From the sequence record OY101132.1: 32,000 nt of DNA; one strand, written 5' to 3'. Numbering within the stretch: position 1 is the stretch's first letter; the number at the start of each line of letters is the position of its first letter. Positions 1 through 8,726 of this stretch are shown here, in pieces. Both the position numbers and the translations under genes were made by a program. The notes under the pieces were generated by a model that had not been told where the DNA came from, ran no database searches, and saw only the letters and a list, made by a program, of their open reading frames with translations.

Positions 1-73
1 GTTCAAATAGCTCAGTAGGTAGAGCAAAGGACTGAAAATCCTTGTGTCGGCAGTTCGAGTCTGCCTTTGAACA
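1..73 (+). tRNA. trnF: tRNA-Phe, anticodon GAA
   Basis: Cloverleaf read by eye: acceptor GTTCAAA/TTTGAAC, anticodon stem AAGGA/TCCTT, loop CTGAAAA, T-loop TTCGAGT. Confidence 0.9.
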
Positions 74-86
74 TTTTTGTCATATA

Positions 87-476
87 ATGAAAAATTATTT
101 ATGGAATACGTTTACCAATATTAAAAACGGCCAAATGGCTAAAAAAAGCATTATCGTAGGCCCGAAAAAAAATATCTGTGAGTCATTTTTAAAGATACTT
201 TGGAATGAAGGTTTTATTTCTGGTTATAAAATTTCTGCTCAAAATAATAAAAATCTTGAAATTTTTTTAAAATATACTAAAACTGGCAAGCCTGTTATAA
301 ATTCATTAAAATTTTTGTCAAAGCCAAGTCAAAGAATTTATTATTCGTCTAAACAAGTCTGGAAACTGGATTCGTCAAAGACGTTTATAATTCTTTCAAC
401 GAATCGTGGATTAAAATCAATTAACGAGTGTAAAAAAACTAAAATTGGTGGAGAACCATTAATAATTATAAATTAA
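87..476 (+). CDS. rps8: ribosomal protein S8
   Basis: ORF 42..476 trimmed to the first ATG (87) because the TTG-initiated 5' part overlaps trnF. S8-like 'NEGFISGY' and C-terminal 'GGEPLIII'. Confidence 0.85.
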   Translation: MKNYLWNTFTNIKNGQMAKKSIIVGPKKNICESFLKILWNEGFISGYKISAQNNKNLEIFLKYTKTGKPVINSLKFLSKPSQRIYYSSKQVWKLDSSKTFIILSTNRGLKSINECKKTKIGGEPLIIIN

Positions 477-493
477 TTTTTATTAAAAAATTC

Positions 494-1078
494 ATGTTTA
501 ACCCTAATAAATTCAAAAAGAAACATACTGTAAAAGTCCCTCAAAATATTAAAGTGCTTTATTGTGATAAAAAAAATATTGTGACATTTATCGGACCTTC
601 TCAAGTCAAGTCTTTGAAATTGAGAATTAAAATTTTTTTAACACCTTTATCTAATGTAATTATGGTAACAAATCTTCCCGTTTTTAACGCCTCTGCAACA
701 GATCTTAAAAATCTAAAAAAAGTCCAAGGAACTACTGTAGCTAAAATAAAACAAATGTTAATTGAAATAACGTATGTTTTATATCATAAGTTAAATTTAG
801 TTGGTGTTGGTTACAGAGTATTTCCATATGAACAATTAGATAATCAACTTTATTTTAAATTAGGATTTAGTCATTTAATTTATTTTAAAGTTTCTGATTC
901 TTTAAAGACACATTGCCAAAAATTTACTAAATTATTCTTATTTGGTAATTGTTCTTTCGATAATTTAACACAGACTGCTGCTCAAATAAGAGCTTTTAAA
1001 TGTCCAGAGCCTTATAAGGGTAAAGGAATTCTATACGATCAAGAAAAGATAATTTTAAAAAAGGGTAAAAAAATCTAA
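494..1078 (+). CDS. rpl6: ribosomal protein L6
   Basis: 194-aa ORF directly after rps8 (spc-operon order). C-terminal 'PEPYKGKGILYDQEKIILKKGKK' is typical of L6. Confidence 0.85.
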   Translation: MFNPNKFKKKHTVKVPQNIKVLYCDKKNIVTFIGPSQVKSLKLRIKIFLTPLSNVIMVTNLPVFNASATDLKNLKKVQGTTVAKIKQMLIEITYVLYHKLNLVGVGYRVFPYEQLDNQLYFKLGFSHLIYFKVSDSLKTHCQKFTKLFLFGNCSFDNLTQTAAQIRAFKCPEPYKGKGILYDQEKIILKKGKKI

Positions 1079-1084
1079 CTGTTA

Positions 1085-1699
1085 ATGAAACTAAAAAAAT
1101 TTAAATTTAAACAAATTTTAAAATTACATTTATTAAATTCACGAGCATATGAGCATGCCGTAAAAAAAACTAATTCGGGTCTTTTAACAGAGTTCAATTT
1201 AATTCAAATTATAAGTGATTTTAAGAAAGCTTTACACATTATTTTTGAATACCATCAAGCACACAAAAACGTATTGTTTGTTGGAGTACCAAAAAAATTA
1301 GAATTAAAGATCAATAAATTAACACATCACGTAGCTGTTGATCATAATTTTGAATTACAAGGTGTAATTTCAAATAATTTTAAGTCATCCAATCTTGCTA
1401 ACGTTGGAAAACTGTCATTTTCTAAAGTTTACTTAAAATCATTAATACCTAAGTTATCAAAGAAACCTGATTTAGTAGTGCTTTTGTCACATAAAAAAAT
1501 CTCAAATATTATTGCAGAAAGCAATGTTGCAAAAGTTCCTATAATTACTTTTGCTTCCGATAGTTTTCATAAAACAAATTTGACTCAAGGTTCGTATAAT
1601 TTAGAAGGCTTTGGTCAAAATTTAATTTCAACTTCTGAGAAAAGTCTTTTTTTTCTTGGATTAAACTTTCTTTTCAAGCGATTTACAAGAAAAAGTTAG
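1085..1699 (+). CDS. rps2: ribosomal protein S2
   Basis: 204-aa ORF with S2-like blocks 'NVLFVGVPKK' and 'VPIITFASDS'. Confidence 0.7.
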   Translation: MKLKKFKFKQILKLHLLNSRAYEHAVKKTNSGLLTEFNLIQIISDFKKALHIIFEYHQAHKNVLFVGVPKKLELKINKLTHHVAVDHNFELQGVISNNFKSSNLANVGKLSFSKVYLKSLIPKLSKKPDLVVLLSHKKISNIIAESNVAKVPIITFASDSFHKTNLTQGSYNLEGFGQNLISTSEKSLFFLGLNFLFKRFTRKS

Positions 1700-1773
1700 A
1701 AATTTAAACATTTATTTTTACTGTTTTTTTAACTTTAAATATAACAAAGAAAAATAAATACTTTTACTTTAGT

Positions 1774-2502
1774 ATGGTATCGAAAAAACGACATAAGCCT
1801 TTTTATAAGCAATTTTTACGATTGAGAAAAAATATTCAAAATCGTCCTAAATTATTCAAATTTAGAAAACAAAAATGGGTTAGGTTTCAGCAATATTCAA
1901 AAAACCAATTAAAATTTTTTAAGCGATTTAAAATTAAAGACCAATTTCAACTTTCCGCTTCAAAGTTTGCAAGTCGAGGAAACTCGTTTCAAAAAAAATT
2001 TAGAAACAATTTATATGAACGGAAAGTTTTTAGTCTATTTTATGGGAAATTAAAAAAAAAGTATTTAAAAAAATACATTTTGCAATTTATCAGTTCTAAG
2101 CCTTCTTTTAATAATTCTATAGATTTTCGTCATGAAACTTTAAGATTTTTTGAAAGTCGGCTAGATACGGTTTTATACCGAGCAAATTTCAGTTCAAGTA
2201 TTAAAAGTGCTTCTCAGCTTATTTTGCATGGGCATGTATTAGTTAATGGAATTCAAGTAAAAACTAAATCTTACATTTTAAAAGCGAATGATTCTATCGA
2301 AATTGCTCACTCTCTAAAATCAAGAAATTTAGTAAAAAAAAGTTTAGATCGATCTAACTTTTGGCCTATACCTCCTAAACATTTATTAGTTAATTATAAA
2401 ACATTACAGATAATATTCATTTATACAAATACTTCTAATTTGATGCCTGTTTTTAATCATTATTTAAATATTGATTCTGTAATTACTCATATAAAGTACT
2501 AG
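1774..2502 (+). CDS. rps4: ribosomal protein S4
   Basis: 242-aa ORF with S4 RNA-binding domain 'RLDTVLYRANFSSSIKSASQLILHGHVLVNG'. Confidence 0.85.
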   Translation: MVSKKRHKPFYKQFLRLRKNIQNRPKLFKFRKQKWVRFQQYSKNQLKFFKRFKIKDQFQLSASKFASRGNSFQKKFRNNLYERKVFSLFYGKLKKKYLKKYILQFISSKPSFNNSIDFRHETLRFFESRLDTVLYRANFSSSIKSASQLILHGHVLVNGIQVKTKSYILKANDSIEIAHSLKSRNLVKKSLDRSNFWPIPPKHLLVNYKTLQIIFIYTNTSNLMPVFNHYLNIDSVITHIKY

Positions 2503-2514
2503 TCCAAAATGATT

Positions 2515-2587
2515 TCTTTAGTAGCTCAGTCGGTAGAGCAAGTGGCTGTTAACCACCTTGACGTTGGTTCGAGTCCAGCCTAGAGAG
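2515..2587 (+). tRNA. trnN: tRNA-Asn, anticodon GTT
   Basis: Acceptor TCTTTAG/CTAGAGA, D-arm GCTCAGTCGGTAGAGC, anticodon loop CTGTTAA, T-arm GTTGG-TTCGAGT-CCAGC. Confidence 0.9.
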
Positions 2588-2605
2588 ACCTTTTATTTTC
2601 GACTT

Positions 2606-2827
2606 ATACCACAATTTGATTTTTCTACACTATCTGTAGTTTTATTTAGTTCATTAGTGAGTGCAGCTGTATATTACGCGTTTATTGCGTTACGGTTGTT
2701 ACCAGAAATTATTACTGTTCTAAAGTTTAGAACAAAAAAACTTTTTAAGGAAAATTCATTAAATTTAAATTCAGTGTTTTTACCTAATCTTTTCAGCTAT
2801 GATGTTATAGTTCGAAGAAAAAATTAA
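2606..2827 (+). CDS. atp8: ATP synthase F0 subunit 8, probable ATA start
   Basis: The ORF track starts at TTG 2558, inside trnN. From ATA 2606 the product reads (M/I)PQFDFSTLSVVLFSS..., the canonical atp8 'MPQ(F/L)D' N-terminus followed by one TM helix. There is no in-frame ATG. Confidence 0.6.
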   Translation: MPQFDFSTLSVVLFSSLVSAAVYYAFIALRLLPEIITVLKFRTKKLFKENSLNLNSVFLPNLFSYDVIVRRKN

Positions 2828-2863
2828 TTTTTATTCTTTTCAAAGAGAATATGAAATTAAGAG

Positions 2864-2936
2864 GGGGATATAACTCAATTGGTAGAGTGTATGCTTTGCA
2901 AGCATAAAGTCATCGGTTCGATCCCGATTATCTCCA
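2864..2936 (+). tRNA. trnA: tRNA-Ala, anticodon TGC
   Basis: Acceptor GGGGATA/TATCTCC including the G3:U70 Ala identity pair. Anticodon stem TATGC/GCATA, loop TTTGCAA. Confidence 0.9.
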
Positions 2937-2937
2937 G

Positions 2938-3021
2938 GCTCGTTTGGTGGAATTGGTAGACACGTCAGACTTAAAATCTGATTCTATTTATGGAGTATCG
3001 GTTCAAGTCCGGTAACGAGTA
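2938..3021 (+). tRNA. trnL: tRNA-Leu, anticodon TAA (type II, long variable arm)
   Basis: Acceptor GCTCGTT/AACGAGT, anticodon stem TCAGA/TCTGA, loop CTTAAAA, long variable arm, T-arm ATCGG-TTCAAGT-CCGGT. Confidence 0.88.
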
Positions 3022-3082
3022 TATTTATTGGTTTAAAAATCTTTTAAATAGTTATTCTGAACTTTATAATTGAAAGTTCTTG

Positions 3083-3164
3083 GCCAAAATGATGGAATTG
3101 GTAGACATGCTAGGTTTAGGTTCTAGTTCTTCAAAGAGTAGGGGTTCAAGTCCCCTTTTTGGTA
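3083..3164 (+). tRNA. trnL: tRNA-Leu, anticodon TAG (type II)
   Basis: Acceptor GCCAAAA/TTTTGGT, anticodon stem CTAGG/TCTAG, loop TTTAGGT, long variable arm, T-arm AGGGG-TTCAAGT-CCCCT. Confidence 0.88.
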
Positions 3165-3169
3165 ATAAT

Positions 3170-3556
3170 ATGGTTACAATAAATCAACTTTGTAAAAAAC
3201 AAAAAAGTCGAAAAAAGAAAAGAAAGTTAAATAAAGTACCTGCACTTGACAGATGTCCTCAAAAAAAAGGTATTTGTACTAAGTTAGTTTTACGAACCCC
3301 TAAAAAACCGAATTCCGCTCTTAGAAAAATCGTAAAATTACGACTCAGTAACAATAAAATGGTCTACGCTTATATTCCTGGTGAAGGACATAATTTACAA
3401 GCTTATTCTACAGTAATTATGAGAGGTGGTCGAGTAAAAGATCTACCCGGTATAAAATATCATTTAGTTAGAGGAAAATTAGATTTTTCCGGATTAGCTT
3501 CTCGAAAGACTTCTCGGTCGAAGTATGGAACAAAAAAAGTTAAAAAATACCTATGA
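3170..3556 (+). CDS. rps12: ribosomal protein S12
   Basis: ORF 3080..3556 trimmed to ATG 3170 because the upstream part overlaps trnL. 'MVTINQL...' and 'KKPNSALRK' are S12 hallmarks. Confidence 0.92.
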   Translation: MVTINQLCKKQKSRKKKRKLNKVPALDRCPQKKGICTKLVLRTPKKPNSALRKIVKLRLSNNKMVYAYIPGEGHNLQAYSTVIMRGGRVKDLPGIKYHLVRGKLDFSGLASRKTSRSKYGTKKVKKYL

Positions 3557-4017
3557 TTAAAGCAGTAAAAAATATAAAAACTTTTGATTTAAAAACAAAA
3601 ATTATTAACATAATAATGATAAGTGGTAAAAAAAAGACAGGAGAAAAAATTTTGTTAAAATTTGCAAAAAAGTTACAAAAGTCAAACAATAAACATTTTA
3701 AAAAACTTGTTCAGTTAGCTGTTATCAATTCAACTCCAACTTTTAAATTAAACGAGCAGGTAGTTAAAAAGGGAAAACGAAAAGCTGTAAGAAGTAATCC
3801 TTCATTTATTATGACAGATTCATTGCGAATTATGACTTCTTTAAAATCAATTAAACAGGCTGTAACAAAAAGTAAAAATTCTAATCAATTTTACGAAACT
3901 TTAGTTAATGAAATCTTATTAGCTTCTAGTTTTAAAGGACAATCAGTTGATAAAAAAACTGAATTGCAGAAACAGATTCTAACGAATAAACGATATTTAT
4001 CTAAATTTCGTTGGTAA
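3553..4017 (+). CDS. rps7: ribosomal protein S7
   Basis: ATGA overlap with the rps12 stop (str-operon order). C-terminal '[10 protein letters not shown]' is typical of S7. Confidence 0.8.
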   Translation: MIKAVKNIKTFDLKTKIINIIMISGKKKTGEKILLKFAKKLQKSNNKHFKKLVQLAVINSTPTFKLNEQVVKKGKRKAVRSNPSFIMTDSLRIMTSLKSIKQAVTKSKNSNQFYETLVNEILLASSFKGQSVDKKTELQKQILTNKRYLSKFRW

Positions 4018-4036
4018 CTTTTAAAATTTAAAAAAT

Positions 4037-4110
4037 TACGTTTAATAGGACTTGAACCTATAACCTTTGGGACCGAAATCCAACGCTCTATCCAATTGAG
4101 CTATAAACGC
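4037..4110 (-). tRNA. trnR: tRNA-Arg, anticodon TCG
   Basis: Reverse complement gives acceptor GCGTTTA/TAAACGT, D-arm GCTCAATTGGATAGAGC, anticodon loop TTTCGGT (one A.C mismatch closes the stem), T-arm ATAGG-TTCAAGT-CCTAT. Confidence 0.8.
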
Positions 4111-4141
4111 AAAAATATATTGTAATTAACTTGATTAAACA

Positions 4142-4522
4142 ATGATTCAACAACAAACTATTCTGAAAGTAGCAGATAATTCGGGAGCAAAAACTGTAAA
4201 ATGTATTAAAGTTTTAGGTGGGTTTAAAAAAAGGTACGCTAATTTAGGAGATATAATTGTAATTTCTGTTCAACAATTACGAAACAAATCAAAAAGTACC
4301 TCAAAGGTTCTTAAAGGAGGTGTTTTTAGAGCTCTTGTTGTTCGAACTAAAAAGCGATGCAAAAAACGAGACGGTTCGGTATTTTTGTTAGAAGAAAATG
4401 CTGTTGCTTTAATTAACAAGCAAGGAAATCCAATTGGTACTCGAATTTTAGGACCGATACCGAAAACATTAAAGAAAAAAAAATTTATGAAATTTGTTAG
4501 TCTTTCAATAGGTCTAATTTAA
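4142..4522 (+). CDS. rpl14: ribosomal protein L14
   Basis: 'MIQQQTILKVADNSGAK' is the canonical L14 N-terminus. Confidence 0.92.
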   Translation: MIQQQTILKVADNSGAKTVKCIKVLGGFKKRYANLGDIIVISVQQLRNKSKSTSKVLKGGVFRALVVRTKKRCKKRDGSVFLLEENAVALINKQGNPIGTRILGPIPKTLKKKKFMKFVSLSIGLI

Positions 4523-4545
4523 TTTAAAAATAAACTATAAAAAGT

Positions 4546-5085
4546 ATGAATATTTTAGAAAATTATTATAAAAAAATAATACGACGAGATTTAATAAATA
4601 AATTCTCTTACACTCACTTGGATGAGATTCCCCAATTAAAAAAAATTATTCTAAATTTTGGATGTAAAAACTCTGATATTAAAAGTATTGCTTCAGCTCT
4701 TCTTTCCTTAGAACTAATAACAATGAAGCAGGGCTCGTTAGTTAAATCTAAACGGTCTAACGTTTTATTAAAAATTAGGAAAGGAAATCCGGTTGGGTGT
4801 ATAGTAGTTTTAAAAAAAAATAAGATGTATCGTTTTCTTTTCAAACTTTTATCAGAAGTTTTTCCAAGTTTGAAGTCTTTTACAGGTCTTAGTGTCTCAA
4901 AAAAATTAAACACAACAAGTTTTTCTTTTACATTAAAAGATCTTATTAACTTTAAAGAATTAGAAAAGCAATTTTACTTATTCATTAATTTACCTCCTTT
5001 AAATATAACGTTAATAACAAACGCAAAAACGAAAAAAGAATTGTTGTATTTGTTACATTCGTTTAAATTAGCTTTAACATCGTAA
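4546..5085 (+). CDS. rpl5: ribosomal protein L5
   Basis: 179-aa ORF after rpl14 (spc order), with an L5-like N-terminal region 'IPQLKKIILNFG'. Confidence 0.75.
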   Translation: MNILENYYKKIIRRDLINKFSYTHLDEIPQLKKIILNFGCKNSDIKSIASALLSLELITMKQGSLVKSKRSNVLLKIRKGNPVGCIVVLKKNKMYRFLFKLLSEVFPSLKSFTGLSVSKKLNTTSFSFTLKDLINFKELEKQFYLFINLPPLNITLITNAKTKKELLYLLHSFKLALTS

Positions 5086-5094
5086 TTCTTTTAA

Positions 5095-5167
5095 GCAATT
5101 GTAACTCAATTGGTAGAGTGTAACCTTGCCAAGGTTAAAGCTAAGGGTTCAAATCCCTTCAGTTGCT
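5095..5167 (+). tRNA. trnG: tRNA-Gly, anticodon GCC
   Basis: Acceptor GCAATTG/CAGTTGC, anticodon stem TAACC/GGTTA, loop TTGCCAA, T-arm AAGGG-TTCAAAT-CCCTT. Confidence 0.9.
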
Positions 5168-5203
5168 CATTTTTTATAATATAAAATATTCTTCGGTTTT
5201 ATT

Positions 5204-5289
5204 GGATAGATGGCTGAGCGGTTTAAGGCGACAGTTTTGAAAACTGTTGTATTTAATAGATACCGTGGGTTCGAATCCCACTCTGTCCT
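5204..5289 (+). tRNA. trnS: tRNA-Ser, anticodon TGA (type II)
   Basis: Acceptor GGATAGA/TCTGTCC, anticodon stem ACAGT/ACTGT, loop TTTGAAA, long variable arm, T-arm GTGGG-TTCGAAT-CCCAC. Confidence 0.9.
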
Positions 5290-5303
5290 AATTATATAAA
5301 AAA

Positions 5304-5375
5304 GGCTGAATAACATAATCGGTAATGTGCGAGATTGCAAATCTTAAAATACTGGTTCAAATCCGGTTTTAGCCT
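5304..5375 (+). tRNA. trnC: tRNA-Cys, anticodon GCA
   Basis: Acceptor GGCTGAA/TTTAGCC, D-stem ACAT/ATGT, anticodon loop TTGCAAA, T-arm ACTGG-TTCAAAT-CCGGT. Confidence 0.85.
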
Positions 5376-5388
5376 TAAAAGACTTTAA

Positions 5389-6378
5389 ATGATATCTACA
5401 GTACTTATAACTCTTTTAAAAATTCTTAGTATTACTATCCCAATGTTACTCGCAGTTGCTTATTTTACAGTAGCTGAACGAAAAATCATGGGAGCTATTC
5501 AACGACGGAGAGGGCCTAATGTTATTGGATTTATAGGTCTACTACAGGCATTGGCTGATGGATTAAAACTATTCGTAAAGGAAACTACTTTACCTAGTAA
5601 TTCTAATCTTGCAATATTTATTTTAGCACCCGTGCTTTCATTTTTACTTAGTGTAATTGGATGGGCGGTTATTCCTTTCTCTCACAAAATTGTTTTTGCT
5701 GACGTTAATCTTGGTATTTTGTATCTTTTTGCCGTTTCATCGATGAATGTTTACGGAATTGTTTTAGCTGGGTGGTCTAGTAACTCTAAATATGCTTTTT
5801 TAGGTGCTTTACGATCTGCTGCTCAAATGATTTCGTATGAAATTTCTATAGGTTTTATTATCCTAAGCATAGCAGTTTGTGTTGGATCTTTAAATCTTAG
5901 CAAAATTGTATTAGCTCAACAAGAAGTTTGGTTGATTGTGCCATTATTTCCTTTATTCGTGATGTTTTACATCTCAATGTTAGCAGAGACCAATAGACAG
6001 CCTTTTGATTTGCCAGAAGCCGAATCAGAATTAGTTTCAGGGTATAATGTTGAATATTCAGCAATGACTTTCGCACTATTCTTTTTAGCTGAATATTCAA
6101 ATATGCTACTTATGAGTTCGTTATCAGCGATTTTGTTTTTAGGCGGTTGGCTTCCACCACTAGATATTTTTCCTCTATATTTCGTTCCTGGAAGTTTTTG
6201 GTTTTCTTTAAAAGTTTGTATGGGTGCCGTATTTTTCATCCTTACACGAGCTACACTTCCAAGATATAGATATGATCAATTAATGTATTTAGGTTGGAAA
6301 TGTTTTTTACCTTTTGCAATTGGCTATTTAATGTTCACTATCGGTGTACTTGTTAGTTTTAATTGGTTACCAAATTAA
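5389..6378 (+). CDS. nad1: NADH dehydrogenase subunit 1
   Basis: 329-aa ORF with '[16 protein letters not shown]' and '[25 protein letters not shown]'. Confidence 0.97.
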   Translation: MISTVLITLLKILSITIPMLLAVAYFTVAERKIMGAIQRRRGPNVIGFIGLLQALADGLKLFVKETTLPSNSNLAIFILAPVLSFLLSVIGWAVIPFSHKIVFADVNLGILYLFAVSSMNVYGIVLAGWSSNSKYAFLGALRSAAQMISYEISIGFIILSIAVCVGSLNLSKIVLAQQEVWLIVPLFPLFVMFYISMLAETNRQPFDLPEAESELVSGYNVEYSAMTFALFFLAEYSNMLLMSSLSAILFLGGWLPPLDIFPLYFVPGSFWFSLKVCMGAVFFILTRATLPRYRYDQLMYLGWKCFLPFAIGYLMFTIGVLVSFNWLPN

Positions 6379-7102
6379 TTTTTATTTCTTTAAAAAATAT
6401 TAAAAATTCATATATTAAAATTAAAATACTACCTATACATATTTGACTTAAAACGTCAGGAGGTGTAATAATTGTAGAAAAAATTACAAATATTAAATAA
6501 AAAAGTTTTCTAAAAGTTTTAGTTTTTTTTAGTTTTTCACTTAAATTAGTTAAAGCAGTAACGAGTATTGTTAAAAATTGACAACTAGCTAAACAAACGT
6601 AATATAAATTGATAAAATATTGTAGATATTCACTAAGTTTCGCTTCGAAAAAAAGAGAAACTGATTGACTATTTGTAGAGTTCTCTTGAAAGCTTAAGAA
6701 AAAGTTCCAGCTAAAAGGTATTATTAATTTAAATAGCAAGATTGAAGAAAGTAGCCAAGATATAACAAATATTTGAAACGTTAACTTTAGTTTTGCAAAT
6801 TCAAATTGATACAATCCTAAAGATAAAAACATAAGAACTTGATATAGTAACACTATTATTGCGATTTGATTTGAAATAAATAGTAATAGTTCAAAATATA
6901 TATAGAAGATCTCTGTTACGTTTGTAAAAATAAAGTAAGGTTTATTGCCAAATTCTAAAAAAGATTTATTTGAATTTACTAGCACGAATAGTATTGTTTC
7001 CTTATAACAATAACAAGTATTTAAGCAAAATAACCAAGCGAAAAGTATGAGTGTAAATCGATTTTTAATTTCTTTATAGTATTTAGTATAGTTAGAAGTC
7101 AT
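6359..7102 (-). CDS. tatC: Sec-independent translocase component TatC (mttB/ymf16)
   Basis: 247-aa polytopic ORF with 'TPPDVLSQI' near the C-terminus (TatC 'PPD..Q' block). Its 3' end overlaps the nad1 3' end by 20 nt. Confidence 0.75.
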   Translation of the reverse strand: MTSNYTKYYKEIKNRFTLILFAWLFCLNTCYCYKETILFVLVNSNKSFLEFGNKPYFIFTNVTEIFYIYFELLLFISNQIAIIVLLYQVLMFLSLGLYQFEFAKLKLTFQIFVISWLLSSILLFKLIIPFSWNFFLSFQENSTNSQSVSLFFEAKLSEYLQYFINLYYVCLASCQFLTILVTALTNLSEKLKKTKTFRKLFYLIFVIFSTIITPPDVLSQICIGSILILIYEFLIFFKEIKINLVTN

Positions 7103-7139
7103 TTATCTTTTTTTACGCATTTCATTGTTAGTAATAAGA

Positions 7140-7212
7140 AGGGAAATAGCTCAGTTGGCAGAGCAGCGGTTTCCAAAACCGAAGGACAGGGGTTCAAGTC
7201 CCTTTTTTCCTG
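7140..7212 (+). tRNA. trnW: tRNA-Trp, anticodon CCA
   Basis: Acceptor AGGGAAA/TTTTCCT, anticodon loop TTCCAAA, T-arm AGGGG-TTCAAGT-CCCTT. Confidence 0.88.
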
Positions 7213-7365
7213 TTTTTTTCTTGAAAAAAATTATTTACTTGTTTTAGTGAGGTTAATAGCTTTTTTTTTATCTTCTGAAAATCTCCGAACAATAAAAAAA
7301 GTAGCAGTATTAAGACTATGATTTGTCCTATGCTTATTCTCATATAAAAATGTTTTTAAAATTTT

Positions 7366-7438
7366 AGGCCTATAGTTCAGTTGGTAGAACGTGCTGCTCA
7401 TAACGGCTTTGTCGTAGGTTCAAATCCTGCTGGGCCTA
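7366..7438 (+). tRNA. trnM: tRNA with anticodon CAT (Met, fMet or lysidine-Ile; not resolved)
   Basis: Acceptor AGGCCTA/TGGGCCT, D-arm GTTCAGTTGGTAGAAC, anticodon loop CTCATAA, T-arm GTAGG-TTCAAAT-CCTGC. Confidence 0.85.
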
Positions 7439-7462
7439 TTATAAATTTTAATTATTGATATT

Positions 7463-7936
7463 ATGGACTTTAATTTTAAAACTTATCAAATTGTAAAATT
7501 AAAAAAATATTTTAAAAAAAACGGTCTTTTTTTCTTGTTTCATTCAGCAAAGCTAAATTTAACAAAATGGACTCTCACAGAACAAAACTTAAAAAAATTA
7601 AAACTGAGTTATTATAAACCTTTAAATAAAACGACGGTAAAAACTTTTAAAAACTCTATTTATAAAAATTTCAGTTTTAATATAGCAGGGTTTATCGTAT
7701 TTATTAATTCAAGTTATAAAACAACTGAGTTAAATTTGTCTTCGATAATCAAAATTTTAAAGCCTTCATTTACTTTGGTTTCGATCAAATTGAATAATAA
7801 ACTTTATTCTACTGCGCAAATAAAAGGATTAAATGATTTATCCTATAATAAAAGTGTTTTTAATTTATATAAAGTATTAGATAAACAATTAAAAACCAGT
7901 TATGTCTTAACAAATAAAAAAAAATTTTCGAAATAA
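7463..7936 (+). CDS. unassigned ORF (orf157), possibly a divergent ribosomal protein L10
   Basis: 157-aa Lys/Asn-rich ORF in a tight slot between trnM and trnP. By-eye pattern match to the bacterial L10 layout (see findings). No ORF of comparable length was listed on the other frames or strand. Confidence 0.5.
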   Translation: MDFNFKTYQIVKLKKYFKKNGLFFLFHSAKLNLTKWTLTEQNLKKLKLSYYKPLNKTTVKTFKNSIYKNFSFNIAGFIVFINSSYKTTELNLSSIIKILKPSFTLVSIKLNNKLYSTAQIKGLNDLSYNKSVFNLYKVLDKQLKTSYVLTNKKKFSK

Positions 7937-8000
7937 TGTGACTTGAACACATGACTTCCTGTTCCCAAAACAGGCGCGCTACCAACTGCGCTATATTTCG
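7928..8000 (-). tRNA. trnP: tRNA-Pro, anticodon TGG
   Basis: Reverse complement gives acceptor CGAAATA/TATTTCG, D-arm GCGCAGTTGGTAGCGC, anticodon stem CCTGT/ACAGG, loop TTTGGGA, T-arm ATGTG-TTCAAGT-CACAT. Overlaps the last 9 nt of orf157 on the opposite strand. Confidence 0.88.
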
Positions 8001-8033
8001 ATATTACGTGTATTATTTAAATATAAATAGTTT

Positions 8034-8116
8034 AGGAGAAAGTAGGATTCGAACCTACGATGAGATAACTCAATAGATTTACAATCTACCGCTTTTAACC
8101 GCTCAGCCATTTCTCC
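8034..8116 (-). tRNA. trnY: tRNA-Tyr, anticodon GTA (bacterial-type long variable arm)
   Basis: Reverse complement gives acceptor GGAGAAA/TTTCTCC, anticodon loop TTGTAAA, long variable arm, T-arm GTAGG-TTCGAAT-CCTAC. Confidence 0.88.
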
Positions 8117-8134
8117 TTTAAATAGATAAATTAT

Positions 8135-8695
8135 CTATTTAAATTTTTTTGTATACTTCTTACGACGTAATTTCTTTTTTCTACAACCGTTGTAAGGCGC
8201 TTGGTTAAAACTTTTAATTACACGTATGTATAAAGTTCTTTTTAGTTTACTAACAATAAGATTTTTATAAAAATTCACGTTGTTTAAATGTAAAGCTAAA
8301 GGCTTTTTGTTTAAGAATGTTGCCCTTTTTAATAACAACGAAATCAACTTTGAAACTGCAACACGTCTTTTTCTTTTTTGCTTACCAGCTAGACCGACTG
8401 ATCCTGCAGAGTAAAATAATTTCATATTTCCTTTAATATCAGAAATATGAATCGTAGTATTCGCTTTTAAAAAAGAAATATTAATCACGTACATTACGAC
8501 TAAATTTTGACTGTTCTCAGACTTTAATTGATTTCTTTCAAAACTTATATTTTTATAGTCATTCTCTTTTATTTTTTTTAACGAATCAATTTGAATTTTT
8601 AGATTCTTTACATAAAGTCTTTCTTCATTTAATAAAGAAGTTTTTAACTTTAATTTGTTAGATATTGTAGTGAATAAAGTGTTCGATAAGTTCAT
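8135..8695 (-). CDS. rps11: ribosomal protein S11 with a long N-terminal extension
   Basis: The C-terminal half has 'SAGSVGLAGKQKRKR' and 'APYNGCRKKKLRRK' (S11 'PHNGCR.KK.RR'). Confidence 0.85.
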   Translation of the reverse strand: MNLSNTLFTTISNKLKLKTSLLNEERLYVKNLKIQIDSLKKIKENDYKNISFERNQLKSENSQNLVVMYVINISFLKANTTIHISDIKGNMKLFYSAGSVGLAGKQKRKRRVAVSKLISLLLKRATFLNKKPLALHLNNVNFYKNLIVSKLKRTLYIRVIKSFNQAPYNGCRKKKLRRKKYTKKFK

Positions 8696-8726
8696 AAAAT
8701 AAAAACGTATTTATTTTTTAAATAAA

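Noticed and set aside
42-86. TTG-initiated 5' extension of the rps8 ORF
   Set aside because: It overlaps trnF on the same strand. The conserved S8 sequence begins at ATG 87.
3080-3169. TTG-initiated 5' extension of the rps12 ORF
   Set aside because: It is the translation of trnL(UAG). S12 starts with the canonical 'MVTINQL' at 3170.
4614-4913. 99-aa minus-strand ORF
   Set aside because: It lies entirely within rpl5 on the opposite strand. It has low complexity and no recognisable family.
5897-6239. Two minus-strand ORFs (67 and 90 aa)
   Set aside because: They are antisense to nad1, which is unambiguous. They are chance open frames in AT-rich DNA.
7213-7365. 153-nt spacer between trnW and trnM, examined for a decayed tRNA, promoter or repeat
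   Set aside because: I could find no convincing cloverleaf remnant, repeat or conserved motif. It contains only A/T runs.
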